A stretch of 56,901 bases of DNA from Chloroflexota bacterium (lineage in GTDB: Bacteria > Chloroflexota > Limnocylindria > QHBO01): positions 1-56,901 of the forward strand of contig JADLBB010000185.1 of the NCBI GenBank assembly GCA_020848055.1. Direction: 5' to 3'. Shown in pieces: positions 33,501-43,214 of the stretch; within the stretch, counting starts at the first letter, position 1; each line of letters opens with the position of its first letter. The notes under the pieces were generated by a model. That model was not told where the DNA came from and made no database searches. It saw nothing but the letters and a program-made list of their open reading frames with translations. Made by a program: the position numbers and the translations under genes.

Positions 33501-36500
33501 ACGCCACTGGGATCTCCGATGCCGGCGCCATCGTCTCGACCGGCGTGACATCGGCTGCCGATGCGACCGGCGCCGCGACCGCCCTCATGGTCGAGTCGTA
33601 CGCCTCCAGCCAGTCCGCCGCCGGCAACCACGCCGCCGTGACCGAGGCCGATGCTGCCCGCGTGCGCGGTGCACTGACCACGACCGCCGACGTGGGCGAT
33701 TCCTCGTCCGGCCGCATGGAGCAGGCCTACGAGCGGAGCGGCGTGGCGGCGACCCAGCACGCGGAGTCGACCTCGGCCGCTGGGGCTGATGCGGCGGGCA
33801 GCGTCGAGACGATGGCGGGCGGCATCGGCACGAGCCTGCAGTCGGCCGGCACGGAGTTCAAGAAGGCCGGCCAGACGGCATCGGGTGCAGGCACGCAGAT
33901 CCGCGGTGCGTTCGGCGGACTCGGCCAGCAGATCGAGGGCGACGCGCGGCGAGGGACCACGGCGCTGGGCGAGCTGGGGACGAAGCAGCAGGAGGTCGTC
34001 CAGCAGAGCCGCAACCTCGGAGCGGCCAGCCAGGCGGGCTTCGGCGCCGGGGCAGGCGCGGCGCAGCAGGCGGCGCGCGGGATCGCCTCGTCGGCCGACG
34101 ACATCGGCGGAGCGCTGGTCGAGGCGGGCGAAGGCTCCGTACGGCTGGGCGACGAGCTGGCCGAACTGCCCGACCGCGTGGAGATCGAGATCGAGGTCCT
34201 CGGGATGGCGCAGATCTTCACGGACCTGCGCCGGCTGAACGGCACGATCAACGACATCCGTGCGAACGCGCGTCGGCCGTTCCCGATTGGCACAGGCGAT
34301 TCCGGCGACAACCGAGGCGGCGGCGGTGGGGGTGGCGCACCGCCGCGTGGCGGTGGCCCGCAGTCCGTTCTTCCTCCGTCGAGTACTTTCTCGGCGCCAC
34401 CAACGTGGATGGACGACCTGCGCGACATGGCAGACGTCGGCGTCTCAGTCAACGCCTCGCTGAACGACGAGTCCGGCGGCGCGCTGCTATCGGCCACCGG
34501 CGGCGATCTGCTCTACAAGCGCTACCTGGACGCCCTCGCCGCCGCCGACTACGACGTGACGGTGCATGCCGACCTCGACGAGACCGACATCCTCGGCCAG
34601 ATCGACGCTGCGATGCAGGCGGCCGCCGGTCTGCTCGACATCCTGGAGGAGCAGCACAGGGTGTTCTTGCGCGGCAACGAGGCCGAACAGGGCAGCCTGG
34701 CATGGCTCATCCAGAACTGGCGCTCGTCTGGGTTTGGCGAGGTCGATTTCGCCGAGGTCATGCGCCAGCTGAACGTGCCGGCGGCGACGCTCGACGAGTT
34801 CATCCAGCACTTCGAGGGTCTGGATCCCGAGGCCCAGGGCGAGCTCTGGAAGCGCTTCTACGACGACCTGCGCCGGATGGAGAAGGACCGCCACGAGCAG
34901 CGCATGACGGCGCTGAAGGACGAGCAGGACGGTACCAAGAAGGGCTACGACGACCAGATCGAGGGCATCCGCGACGCGCGCGAAGCGGCGCAGAAGGCCG
35001 GCGTCGAGAACCTGGACGCGTTCGAATTGCAGATCGAGGCGCTGGAAAAGCAGCGCGACACGGCCATCGAAGGGATCGAGGCGCGGCGCCGGGCCGAAGA
35101 GGAGCGCAACGACGCCGTCGAGCGCGCGCTCGAAGAGCAGGACCGGCTGATCAAGCGTCAGCAGGAGGACTACGAGGACGGGCTGAAGCGCGCGGCCGCG
35201 CTCGAAAAGGAACGCGAGGAGCTGCGCAAGGCCTACCACAAGGCGCTGCAGGACGAGCAGAAGGAGAACGAGGAGATCGAGAAGGAGGCGCATGACCTCA
35301 CCCTCGAGATGCTCGCCGACCTGAAGCAGGCCCAGGAGGAGCAGCACGACGCGCGCCTCGAGCTCCTGGACGAGGAGAAGCGCCGCGAGGACGAGATGCA
35401 CAAGGCGCGGCTTGCCCAGCTCGACGACGAGCTCCGCCGCGAGCGCGCGCATCTCGACGGCCTCGAAGATCAGATGGCCGAACTGAAGATCGAGATGGCC
35501 GAGCTGAAGCTGGACACCGGTCCGCTCGAGGCGGCCAAGTCGCTACTCGACCAGATCAAGGAGGTCATCGGCGATCTGGACGATGCGCGCCGCAACCGCG
35601 CCGGTCAGGTCCAGCTCGACGACGGTGCGCGCGCCGCGCTCGAGGCGGCGCTTGCCACCGGCCGGCTGAGCGAGGCCGGTGCGCGCCGTGCACAGCGGGT
35701 GCTCGGCGGCGCGGCGCTCGGTGCCGCCCAGATGCGCGCGCTTCTCGAAGAGGCGGCTGGCCTGCTGACCGGCAACGTGAAGCAGGAGGAGACCGTCCTC
35801 GACGCGAAGCAGCGCGAACTGGACATGCTGCAGATCCAGATCGACAAGGAGAAGCTGCGTTTCGACCGCGCGGCGGATGCGATCAAGGACCAGCAGGACG
35901 CCGAGAAGGCGCGCCACGACGCCCGCATGGACGCGATCGCCGACCAGGTCGACGCCGAGAAGCGGGCCTGGGATGCGTTCGTCGATCGGCTGGACGCGGC
36001 CAAGCGCGCCGAGGATGAGCGGCACGATGCCAAGATGCGCCAGATCGAGGCCGAGTTCCGGGCGCGCCTCATTGCCGAGGGGCTGATCGAGGAGGCCGGC
36101 CGGGATCCGGAGGCGGCGCTGGAACGCGCGCGGCAGATCGCGGAGGAGATCTTCGGCCGGCTCAGCCAGCTCGTGAACGGCGGCGGCGCTGCGGTGACGC
36201 CGCCGCCCACGCTCGTGCCGCCCGGCCCTCCTGGCGGACCGGCGCCGATCCTGCCGCCGGGCGGGCCGGGCCTACCGCCTGGCCCGTCGCCCTACAGCGA
36301 CGGCACCGGCGACGACGGGCTGACGCCGTTCGGGCGTTTCGCCACGGCCATGCAGTCGTACCAGCAGGGGCAGTTGGCCTCGGCCATTCCGGTCATCATC
36401 GCGGGCGTCGAGCAGGCGGCGAGCAGCAACGCGCTCCTGGGCGGCGTGAACTTCACGTACAACCAGTACGCGCCCAACCAGGTCTTCGACGCCACCGACG

Positions 36501-36559
36501 CGCCGGCAGAATGGATCGACGCGCTGTACGGAGTCGTCGGCCTGAGGAGCGCGCCCTGA
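30572..36559 (+). CDS. Tape measure protein (1995 aa)
   Basis: Largest ORF in the window. Gly/Ala-rich hydrophobic central segments, then a long charged coiled coil in the C-terminal third. Position is canonical. Confidence 0.9.
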   Translation: MSTTIESLVGQLGYDYDKSGLNAAIGDQREFLKATTDVGAGMASTTQQGGAMGGVLGGIGKHKAGMLAVAGGAAALGLGIISATGSARNYESALASIDTLGPQVAAHHAEFKDQILDVSTAMGQDLVGSTNAVYDALSSGVPPDNVIDFMSTASKAAVAGATDTGTSVRALTATLNAWKLNAAEAGNVSDVFFTGVNVGVFRFEDLANSIGQVAPLAASLGVTYQEVTAATATLTKSGLTASQAITQQRASMVSLITPNREMSGVLKQLALDNEDVARTAEEQGISIGEAALRTLGYQGAMVAVRDSAKNADVELAKAAGSVESLGAFLGLSGENAVGAAADLDLMSSSAGASQAAFDTMAETTDAKMAKFRAAWEAAKVSVGDLFLPVLASLAEAAVPVMNFLADGARMLQPLAAGFDSLPGPIKMVGAALAAMTAGGVGLAGGAIALAPWMKHLKEFAPLADAAKGRVGGLISTLMDLGGSVAGESGLQVVLGQLPKLGSLSTVAKGGIASLTGSLSPLQSVLGMASGGLTALGTAAKGAIVAAGPIGVVLGAVALAGYAAYKGVSSANAALDEQFAAAQKAGGGFQAYLGGAQRARDESGLLGKAGFLLKDVWHGLTDAWHRGLAALQPVGEWFSSISDKAAGLIQSVTGISGGLMGLGSSLLKMIPGVGAISMLGGALTDQNGAVRDATVAWLEMEKGIDPAILKTSEFATAQAQLGAKLDDGSLSQEEYSQRLLGVARELGGVEAAGGAAAREIASTGEALAMASAGAEQAVGGFQQYSDALIGMVGGAAIGFDPNAERDEDQLEKLDKENQQQREAQAQHFGSMMQSRREFNAQHTALLAEGKTAEVATLAEQYASEQSMQVEHLAQLAINHVNSMLQMNNISEQQAQLIYGSIASAFPGADIFDGSTAAMMEFSTVMGQALAGNEEAALRLGGVIASTPDRLTEGQEAVDSYASLSIQRYEEAKAAAEAHATGISDAGAIVSTGVTSAADATGAATALMVESYASSQSAAGNHAAVTEADAARVRGALTTTADVGDSSSGRMEQAYERSGVAATQHAESTSAAGADAAGSVETMAGGIGTSLQSAGTEFKKAGQTASGAGTQIRGAFGGLGQQIEGDARRGTTALGELGTKQQEVVQQSRNLGAASQAGFGAGAGAAQQAARGIASSADDIGGALVEAGEGSVRLGDELAELPDRVEIEIEVLGMAQIFTDLRRLNGTINDIRANARRPFPIGTGDSGDNRGGGGGGGAPPRGGGPQSVLPPSSTFSAPPTWMDDLRDMADVGVSVNASLNDESGGALLSATGGDLLYKRYLDALAAADYDVTVHADLDETDILGQIDAAMQAAAGLLDILEEQHRVFLRGNEAEQGSLAWLIQNWRSSGFGEVDFAEVMRQLNVPAATLDEFIQHFEGLDPEAQGELWKRFYDDLRRMEKDRHEQRMTALKDEQDGTKKGYDDQIEGIRDAREAAQKAGVENLDAFELQIEALEKQRDTAIEGIEARRRAEEERNDAVERALEEQDRLIKRQQEDYEDGLKRAAALEKEREELRKAYHKALQDEQKENEEIEKEAHDLTLEMLADLKQAQEEQHDARLELLDEEKRREDEMHKARLAQLDDELRRERAHLDGLEDQMAELKIEMAELKLDTGPLEAAKSLLDQIKEVIGDLDDARRNRAGQVQLDDGARAALEAALATGRLSEAGARRAQRVLGGAALGAAQMRALLEEAAGLLTGNVKQEETVLDAKQRELDMLQIQIDKEKLRFDRAADAIKDQQDAEKARHDARMDAIADQVDAEKRAWDAFVDRLDAAKRAEDERHDAKMRQIEAEFRARLIAEGLIEEAGRDPEAALERARQIAEEIFGRLSQLVNGGGAAVTPPPTLVPPGPPGGPAPILPPGGPGLPPGPSPYSDGTGDDGLTPFGRFATAMQSYQQGQLASAIPVIIAGVEQAASSNALLGGVNFTYNQYAPNQVFDATDAPAEWIDALYGVVGLRSAP

Positions 36560-38640
36560 TGAGCCGCTCGCACGCGCTGACCCTCACGGTCCTGGCCACC
36601 GGCCGGCAGTTCGACCTGAACCCCGCCGACGGGGCGTACACGACCGTCCTGCCGCTCGACGCCTGGCGGATGGCCACGGCGCAGCAGTCGCCGCAGACCA
36701 TCGAGCGGTCCGGCGGCGCTGCCATCTTCACCGGCTCGACGCTGGCCGCGCGCACGTTCATCGCGCAGCACCGCATCAGCGCTGGCGGCAAGGGCGTGCG
36801 GGCGAACCGCAACCGGCTGGCCGCGCTCTACGACCACCGCCACGGCGAGGCCGAGGTGACGTTCACGGACGCGGCCGAACCCGGCATCACGTTCGTCGTT
36901 CGCGTGAAGCTCGTGCAGATGCTGCCGCATGCATCGGGCCAGACGAGCCGGGTGGCGCAGGCGCAGTGGCTGCTGCTCTCGACGTTCCGCTACGAGTCGG
37001 AGGACCAGGAGACCGCGCCGACCGCGCTGTCGTCGTCGCCGTCGTCGATCGAGGTGACGAACAAGGGCAACGTCGACAGCGACCGCCTGGCGATCACGGT
37101 CACGCCGACCGTCCAGAAGGCGGACACGGATGGCCAGCGGTTCCTGATGTACGTCGACCCGTTCATCCGGCAGCCGCGCGCCGGAAAGGTGGCCCTCGAG
37201 CTGACGGGCGACCTCGGCTGGAACCACGCCGCCGAGGTCACGGCGGGCCGAAGCCAGGACACCGGCGCCGACGTGCGTGTGCTCGACGACAGCGTCGAGG
37301 TACCGCGATGGTTCGGCGACGGCACGGCCGCGGCGAACCAGTCGGCGACGCGGGTGTGGATCGCCGATGAGGTTGGCGCAGGACGCGAGTGGCGACACCG
37401 CGGCTCGGCGACGATCGGCGCGGCCGACACCGAGTGGCAGGGCGACCGCGGGCTGACGAACATCCCTCCTCTGCCTGCGCTCGCCGGGTTCTACGACGAG
37501 GTCGGCGGTCACGAGAAGGTGTGGGTGACCGCGTACAGCGAGGCTTCGGGGGTCATGACGATCGAGCGCGGGGTGCGCGGCTCGGCGGCGGCCAGCCACG
37601 CCGCCGGCACATCGCTGTGGTGGATGCCCAAGCAGATCGTCATCCTCTACGGCGACCTCGAGTGCGACGCCCCGTTCTACGACGACAGCTTCAAGCCGAT
37701 CCCCGCCGAGGACGAGGGCAGCTCGAACGAGGAGTGGGTGTTTGCGGTCTACCTCGAGACGGCGGTCGCGAGCAACCTGCAGACCCGTCTGCCGCGCGTC
37801 GGTTCGTGGGTGCCGGCGCGGCATCCCTTCCCCGACTGGACCGACCGCGACGAGCTGTTCCGCACGTGGATCCCGTGGACGGGCGGACTGGGCGTCGACG
37901 CGTCGCCGGCAACGAAGCTGGCCATCGGCTACCGGCACACTGTGACGATGGGCGGCCACCCGCTCGTCGACCGCTGGGAGCAATTGTTCACGGTGGCGGT
38001 CAGCGAACTACGGTACGCTCAGGGCACGCTGCCACTGGAGCACCCCGGTCCACCGAACGAGGGCAAGCTCGTCGTACTCGGCACGTGCTCCGACGGCACC
38101 GAGATCGTGATCGACGTCCACAACTCCACGACGACGAGCGAGACGCACGCGTCCACGCCGTCGCTCGTGTACATCGCGTTCGCCATCAAGCCCTGGGATC
38201 CGAACGACCTCGACGACAACACGTCGGGTGCCGAGTCGAGCGTGCCCCAGGAGCCCGACGACGACGACGGGTTCGAGATCGTCAACGTCGAGCTGGAGTT
38301 CGATGCCGACGAGCGGTTGTTCGTCGAGCCCTCGGCGCGCATCGCCGCCTACCAGCTGGGCACGGCCGAGCACCCGGCGACGATCGAGGACGAGCAGGGC
38401 AACGTGCTGTCCATCAACGGCGTCGCGCTGGCGATCGGCGCGACGCTGGAGATCGACGTGATCGCCGGCACCGCGCTCGTCGACGGCCGCGTCGGCGTTG
38501 CGCACCGCATCACCGGCCTGCGCGACATCACGGTGCCGGCGGATCCCGAAGACGTACCGCACACCTCCGAGCTGACCTTCACCGAGGCCGGCATCGGCGA
38601 GGTCGAGATCGGCGCCGTCTGGCGCTCGGCGTGGTTGTAG
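36559..38640 (+). CDS. Distal tail/baseplate protein (assigned by position)
   Basis: TGATG coupling to the tape measure gene. 693 aa. Confidence 0.5.
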   Translation: MSRSHALTLTVLATGRQFDLNPADGAYTTVLPLDAWRMATAQQSPQTIERSGGAAIFTGSTLAARTFIAQHRISAGGKGVRANRNRLAALYDHRHGEAEVTFTDAAEPGITFVVRVKLVQMLPHASGQTSRVAQAQWLLLSTFRYESEDQETAPTALSSSPSSIEVTNKGNVDSDRLAITVTPTVQKADTDGQRFLMYVDPFIRQPRAGKVALELTGDLGWNHAAEVTAGRSQDTGADVRVLDDSVEVPRWFGDGTAAANQSATRVWIADEVGAGREWRHRGSATIGAADTEWQGDRGLTNIPPLPALAGFYDEVGGHEKVWVTAYSEASGVMTIERGVRGSAAASHAAGTSLWWMPKQIVILYGDLECDAPFYDDSFKPIPAEDEGSSNEEWVFAVYLETAVASNLQTRLPRVGSWVPARHPFPDWTDRDELFRTWIPWTGGLGVDASPATKLAIGYRHTVTMGGHPLVDRWEQLFTVAVSELRYAQGTLPLEHPGPPNEGKLVVLGTCSDGTEIVIDVHNSTTTSETHASTPSLVYIAFAIKPWDPNDLDDNTSGAESSVPQEPDDDDGFEIVNVELEFDADERLFVEPSARIAAYQLGTAEHPATIEDEQGNVLSINGVALAIGATLEIDVIAGTALVDGRVGVAHRITGLRDITVPADPEDVPHTSELTFTEAGIGEVEIGAVWRSAWL

Positions 38641-38643
38641 GCG

Positions 38644-39051
38644 ATGGCAGTCCCAGCGCGGTGGCGCACGCTTGCAGGGCAGATCGACGCGGCAGTGGAG
38701 TCGCGGCTGACCGACCTTGCCACTCGGCAGACTGCTTACGCCCAGACGCGCAGCGGCCGACTGTGGCAGGGCGTGCGCTGGCCGGAGCCTGCGGACGGCG
38801 CCGACGGCGACCGGGACGCCGCGCGCAAGCCGACGGACCAGAACGAGGACTGGACGGCGTTCGGCCTGTCGCTGCCCGCGCGCCTGCCGATGGCGCTCTC
38901 CGTGGACGTGTTCCTGGCGCCGGCGCCCGTGGGCTGGGGCTGGACGATCACGGCGTACGTGCGGCTGGACGGCGCGCTGTGGGCGCGCACGTGGGCGAGC
39001 GGAAGCGACCCGCTTGGGCGGGCGCACGGCTGGCAGAGGGATGACGGCTGA
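38644..39051 (+). CDS. Hypothetical tail-tip protein
   Basis: 135-aa ORF within the tail module, coupled to the next gene (TGATG). Confidence 0.45.
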   Translation: MAVPARWRTLAGQIDAAVESRLTDLATRQTAYAQTRSGRLWQGVRWPEPADGADGDRDAARKPTDQNEDWTAFGLSLPARLPMALSVDVFLAPAPVGWGWTITAYVRLDGALWARTWASGSDPLGRAHGWQRDDG

Positions 39052-39788
39052 TGGCGACGAACCCAGGACGAACAAACCTGGTCGCCTGGTGGGCGATGGA
39101 CGAGGCGTCCGGCAGCCGGGCGGACTCGCACACCGGCGGCCTGACCCTGACCGACAACAACACGGTCGCGGCCGCGGCGGGCAAGCACGGAAACGGCGCC
39201 GACTTCGAATCGGCGAACAGCGAGTCGCTCTCCCGCAACGACGGATCCGAGTTCGACATGTTGACGGGCGACTGGACCCTGGCCGGATGGATCAAGTTGG
39301 AGAGCGCGCCGGCCTCCAACTTCTCGATCTTCTCGAAGTACCTGACCACCGGTGAACAGCGCGCGATCCTGTTCAACAAGAACACGAGCAACGTGCTAAC
39401 CTTCACCACCTACAGCCTGGGAACCGCCACGCCGGTGGACACGCTCGCATCGACGTTCGGCGCCTTGTCAGCTGGAGTGTGGTACTTCGTCGCGATTTAC
39501 CACGATGCGACGAACGACATCAAGGGGATCCGCGTCAACGCGACCCTCGACACGGTGGGCTACGCGGCCGGCGTATTCGACAGCACTTTCCTGTTCCTCT
39601 TCGGTCGCACCGGCGGCAGCACGAACTACTTCGACGGCGTCATGGACGAGATGTGCCTGTGGAACAAGGTGCTCTCGGCGGACGAGCTCGACTGGCTCTA
39701 CAACGGCGGCACCGGCCGCACCTATGCGGAGACGCTAGCGAGCGGCACACCGATCAAGGTGCAGCTCGGCCTCGGGATGATGGGGTAG
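39051..39788 (+). CDS. LamG/concanavalin-A-like lectin domain protein
   Basis: LVAWWAMDEASG...GDWTLAGWIKL...WYFVAIYHD...FDGVMDEMCLWNKVLSADELDWLYN is the characteristic Laminin_G_3 signature. Confidence 0.8.
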   Translation: MATNPGRTNLVAWWAMDEASGSRADSHTGGLTLTDNNTVAAAAGKHGNGADFESANSESLSRNDGSEFDMLTGDWTLAGWIKLESAPASNFSIFSKYLTTGEQRAILFNKNTSNVLTFTTYSLGTATPVDTLASTFGALSAGVWYFVAIYHDATNDIKGIRVNATLDTVGYAAGVFDSTFLFLFGRTGGSTNYFDGVMDEMCLWNKVLSADELDWLYNGGTGRTYAETLASGTPIKVQLGLGMMG

Positions 39789-39791
39789 ACG

Positions 39792-40871
39792 ATGACCGTA
39801 CAGATGCTGGCCAATGTCACCGACCGAAGCGTCACGCTGCGGATGATCGACTCCGGGGACGGCACCCCCGAGACGGGGGTCACATCTGCCACCGGCGGCG
39901 TTGCCGCGTGGTACCGCCGCGGTGTGGCCGGCGCCAAGACTGCGATCAGTCTGGGCGACCACACGAACCTCACCGACGCGCACAGCGACGGCAAGCTGAA
40001 GCACATCGGCGACGGCTGGTATCGGCTGGACCTACCGGACGCGGCGATCGCCTCGGGCGTCGAGACCGTGTTCGTCGGCTGGGGCGCGACGGGGATGATT
40101 GGCTCGGGCGAGACGATCCAGCTGATCGGCAACGACCCGGCGGAATTGCTGCTCACGTTCAACACATTCGACGCGGTGGTGGGCACGCCAGCCAACACCG
40201 TCTCGGACGACATCGCCGAGGTCCTGGCGGCCGTCGTGGTTGTCGAAACCAAGGTCGATGGCGTGCAGACCGACACGAACGATATCCAGGCGCGCGTGCC
40301 CGCAGCCCTGATCGGTGGCCGGATGGACAGCAGCCTGGCAGCCGCCGGGCTGGAGGCCGACGCCGTGGCCGAGATCCAGTCGGGTCTGGCGACGTCGGCC
40401 GCGGTCGCCGGCGTGCAAGCTGACACCGATGCACTGCAGACCGCCGTGGCCGTTCTCGAAGCCAAGGTCGACAGCGTCCAGACCGACACGAACGACATCC
40501 AGACCCGGATGCCCGCAGCCCTCGTCGGAGGTCGCATGGACGCATCCACTGGGGCGATGGCCGACAACGTCCTCACCGCGGCGGCAGTGGCTGCCGGGGC
40601 ACTCGACGAGGACGCTGTGACCACCGGCCTCGGCAACCGCCTCGCCGACCATACGCTGCGCCGCTCGTGGGCGTCGGCGGCGGCATCGGCATACGGCGAC
40701 GCGAAGAGCTTCCGGTCCCTCCTCGGCGCGGTGGCCAAGCTGGTGAACCGGTTCAAGTTCCTCCTCGGCGTGGCCACGATCTATGAGGCGGACGACACCA
40801 CCGTGCTCGGCACTCAGAACGGGACGACCGACCCGGCGGCCGAGCTGCTCGTGGAGCTCGACACCGTATGA
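39792..40871 (+). CDS. Tail fibre protein with an internal tandem repeat
   Basis: Repeats E[TA]KVD[GS]VQTDTNDIQ[AT]R[VM]PAAL[IV]GGRMD[SA]S. Position in the tail-tip module. Confidence 0.65.
   Translation: MTVQMLANVTDRSVTLRMIDSGDGTPETGVTSATGGVAAWYRRGVAGAKTAISLGDHTNLTDAHSDGKLKHIGDGWYRLDLPDAAIASGVETVFVGWGATGMIGSGETIQLIGNDPAELLLTFNTFDAVVGTPANTVSDDIAEVLAAVVVVETKVDGVQTDTNDIQARVPAALIGGRMDSSLAAAGLEADAVAEIQSGLATSAAVAGVQADTDALQTAVAVLEAKVDSVQTDTNDIQTRMPAALVGGRMDASTGAMADNVLTAAAVAAGALDEDAVTTGLGNRLADHTLRRSWASAAASAYGDAKSFRSLLGAVAKLVNRFKFLLGVATIYEADDTTVLGTQNGTTDPAAELLVELDTV
40245..40541 (+). repeat. Two diverged 84-bp direct repeats inside the tail fibre gene (40245-40328 and 40458-40541)
   Basis: Aligned by eye. 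The substitutions are of mixed types. Confidence 0.8.
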
Positions 40872-42070
40872 GCGGCCTGTCGGGTCTCCTCGCGCTGCAG
40901 GGCGTGTGGCTGGCGTCTACGCCGGCCGCGGCGCCGGCTACGCCAACCACGCCGTCCGTTGGACGTGACGTCGTCGTGCGGATCTACGACGGCGAGAGCG
41001 GCGCCTTCCTGGCCTCGTGGACGGCACTGACATCGCTGAGCGTGACGTACGGCGTGCACGGGCCGGAGACGGCCACGGTCGGGATGCCGCGCGAGCTGGA
41101 CGGCGTGCTCAACCCCGCGCTGCACTACCGCCGCCTGATGCCCGGGTTCCGCGGCGTGTTCGTCGAGGTCGACGCGCGAGCGCTCGGCATCGAGGAGGTG
41201 TGGCTCGGGCGCGCGACGAACGCGCCCGTCGGCAGCACGCAGCCCGAGGTGCAGGTGTCGTGCCAGGGCCCGAACCGGATCCTGGAGCGCGAGTCGGTGC
41301 CCGTCGAGTCCGAGTTCATGGCAACGGCCGGCACAGCGATCCTGCACCTGCTCGCCGATCACCCGACGCCGCTTCGCATGTCGCCTGACACGTTCGAGGA
41401 AGGGCCGGTGGTCATGGTCTCGCTCGGCGGCGCGTCGCTGTGGGAAGCGATCACGACGATCGAGGACATGTCGCTCGGCCGGCTGTACTTCGTCGGCGTG
41501 CCCGGCCGCGTCCAGTGGCGCACGTCGTACCGCAGCCAGATCGTCCCGACGCCAGTCGAGCGCGGGCGCGTGGTGCTCGATGATGGCTACAACGCCGAGT
41601 GGGACATCGACAACGACCTCGACCCGGGCACCGACCAGCTGGTGCTCGTGGGCCAGTCGTTCGCCGATGGGCAGGACAACAACGCGGTGCGCGCGTTCGC
41701 ACCGGGCGGACTCGTGATGGGGCGGCGGGCGGCGCTCACGGCAACGGTGCAGTCGGCCGTGGCGGCGACGGTGTCGGGGCAGGGCGAGACGGCGGTGCGG
41801 CCGGATCTGGCGGCGCTGCCGACGCTGGTCAGCCAAGTGGACGCGGAGTTGCGCGCTGGGTTGTACCCGCCCGTGGTGGCGTCGGTGCGGGTGCTGGACG
41901 AGGGACTGTGGAGCAAGCTGCGCGTGGGGATGATCGTCGAGACGCGGTTCCGGAAGGATCCGCTCGGGCTATTCACGCACGCCCTGGCCGAGGTGCAGCA
42001 GATCACGTGGGGCCTGAAGCCGCAGCGTACGTGCGACCTGGGCGTCGAGCTCTGGGCGCTGGCGGAATAG
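40868..42070 (+). CDS. Tail/baseplate protein (assigned by position)
   Basis: ATGA coupling with the upstream gene. 400 aa. Confidence 0.45.
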   Translation: MSGLSGLLALQGVWLASTPAAAPATPTTPSVGRDVVVRIYDGESGAFLASWTALTSLSVTYGVHGPETATVGMPRELDGVLNPALHYRRLMPGFRGVFVEVDARALGIEEVWLGRATNAPVGSTQPEVQVSCQGPNRILERESVPVESEFMATAGTAILHLLADHPTPLRMSPDTFEEGPVVMVSLGGASLWEAITTIEDMSLGRLYFVGVPGRVQWRTSYRSQIVPTPVERGRVVLDDGYNAEWDIDNDLDPGTDQLVLVGQSFADGQDNNAVRAFAPGGLVMGRRAALTATVQSAVAATVSGQGETAVRPDLAALPTLVSQVDAELRAGLYPPVVASVRVLDEGLWSKLRVGMIVETRFRKDPLGLFTHALAEVQQITWGLKPQRTCDLGVELWALAE

Positions 42071-42080
42071 GGAGGCACCG

Positions 42081-42554
42081 ATGTTGATGGCGACCGATCG
42101 ACGTGTGGGCGCGACCGCCGACTGGATGCGGCGCAAGGTAGGCAAGAGCCCGGTGCCGGCCATCCGTTCGACGACGCGCCGCGTCTCGCGCCTCGAGCGG
42201 ACGGTCGGGATGCAGCTGAAGGTGCCACGCGGCTTATGGATGCAGGGCGCGACCGGGCCGGTGATCATCCCTTTCGACGCGCGCGGGCTGATCCAGGTCT
42301 GGTCGCCGCAGGAGACGATCGACCTGGCGAAGACACCGTGGGCGCGCAAGCACGCGCTGGGCCTCGACATCGACACGGGCCTGATTCCGGAGGGATGCGC
42401 TTGCTGCCCTGAGGACATGAACTACGAGGTGTTGATCATCGGTGCGCCGAGCGTCACTGGTGAATGGCTGTTCAACGAGGAGACCTGCACGCGAGTGCTG
42501 GTCCTGACGTTCGAGTGCGATCCCTGTGTCGGTGGACCCGGAGGAGGAGTCTGA
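42081..42554 (+). CDS. Hypothetical tail-associated protein
   Basis: GGGAGG upstream of the ATG. 157 aa, Cys-rich toward the C-terminus. Confidence 0.45.
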   Translation: MLMATDRRVGATADWMRRKVGKSPVPAIRSTTRRVSRLERTVGMQLKVPRGLWMQGATGPVIIPFDARGLIQVWSPQETIDLAKTPWARKHALGLDIDTGLIPEGCACCPEDMNYEVLIIGAPSVTGEWLFNEETCTRVLVLTFECDPCVGGPGGGV

Positions 42555-43198
42555 TGCGATACGTTCCCGCCTATCTGCTCGCTCTCGCTGCCCTAGCCCT
42601 CGTCGGTTCGGCCGCACGACTGCCGCGTCCGTCGACGGCGGAAGCGCGGTCGGCGGCGCGCGTGCACGCCCAAGTGACGGCAACGCTGCCGGTCTCGCCG
42701 ACGGCGCCCAGTACACCCACGCAGCTTGTGATGACTCCGGGGACTACACCCGACGTCACGGCAACAGTCACCGCGACATTGACGATCACCCCCACTTCAA
42801 CGATCACGCCGACCCTCGGCGCCGAGTGGGGCGTCGACGCGCTCTGCAGGTGCCACGTCCCGCCGCTCGACCCGGGCAGCTCGGAGTGCGAACGACTCAA
42901 GCTGGAATACATCCGCGACGTGATCCGCGCGTGGGGCAGCCAGACGGCAGCTGCTCGCGGCACGGACACGCCGACGCCGACCGCGTCGGACTCACCCACC
43001 GGTACGCCGACGTCGACCGCGAGCCCGTCGTCGACGCCGGCGCCGACGCTCGAACCGACGCCGACGACTGTGCCATCCCCCACGCCCACGCCGGCCGCCA
43101 CGCAGACGCCGCACGTGGTCGTCGTCACCGCGACGCCGCCGCCGATCGTGCGCCGCGCGTGGCTGCCCTTCGCCTACCTCCGCCGAACACAGCGATAA
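42554..43198 (+). CDS. Secreted Thr/Pro-rich protein
   Basis: GGAGGAGG upstream. Signal-peptide-like N-terminus (YLLALAALALVGSAA). Two T/P-rich tracts flank a small Cys-containing core. Confidence 0.55.
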   Translation: MRYVPAYLLALAALALVGSAARLPRPSTAEARSAARVHAQVTATLPVSPTAPSTPTQLVMTPGTTPDVTATVTATLTITPTSTITPTLGAEWGVDALCRCHVPPLDPGSSECERLKLEYIRDVIRAWGSQTAAARGTDTPTPTASDSPTGTPTSTASPSSTPAPTLEPTPTTVPSPTPTPAATQTPHVVVVTATPPPIVRRAWLPFAYLRRTQR

Positions 43199-43214
43199 CC
43201 CAGGGGCAGTCCAA

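Noticed and set aside
40245-40541. Tail-fibre repeats, with the nearby LamG gene, as a diversity-generating retroelement (TR/VR pair)
   Set aside because: No reverse transcriptase is present in the genome. The differences between the two 84-bp copies are of mixed types and are not restricted to adenine positions.
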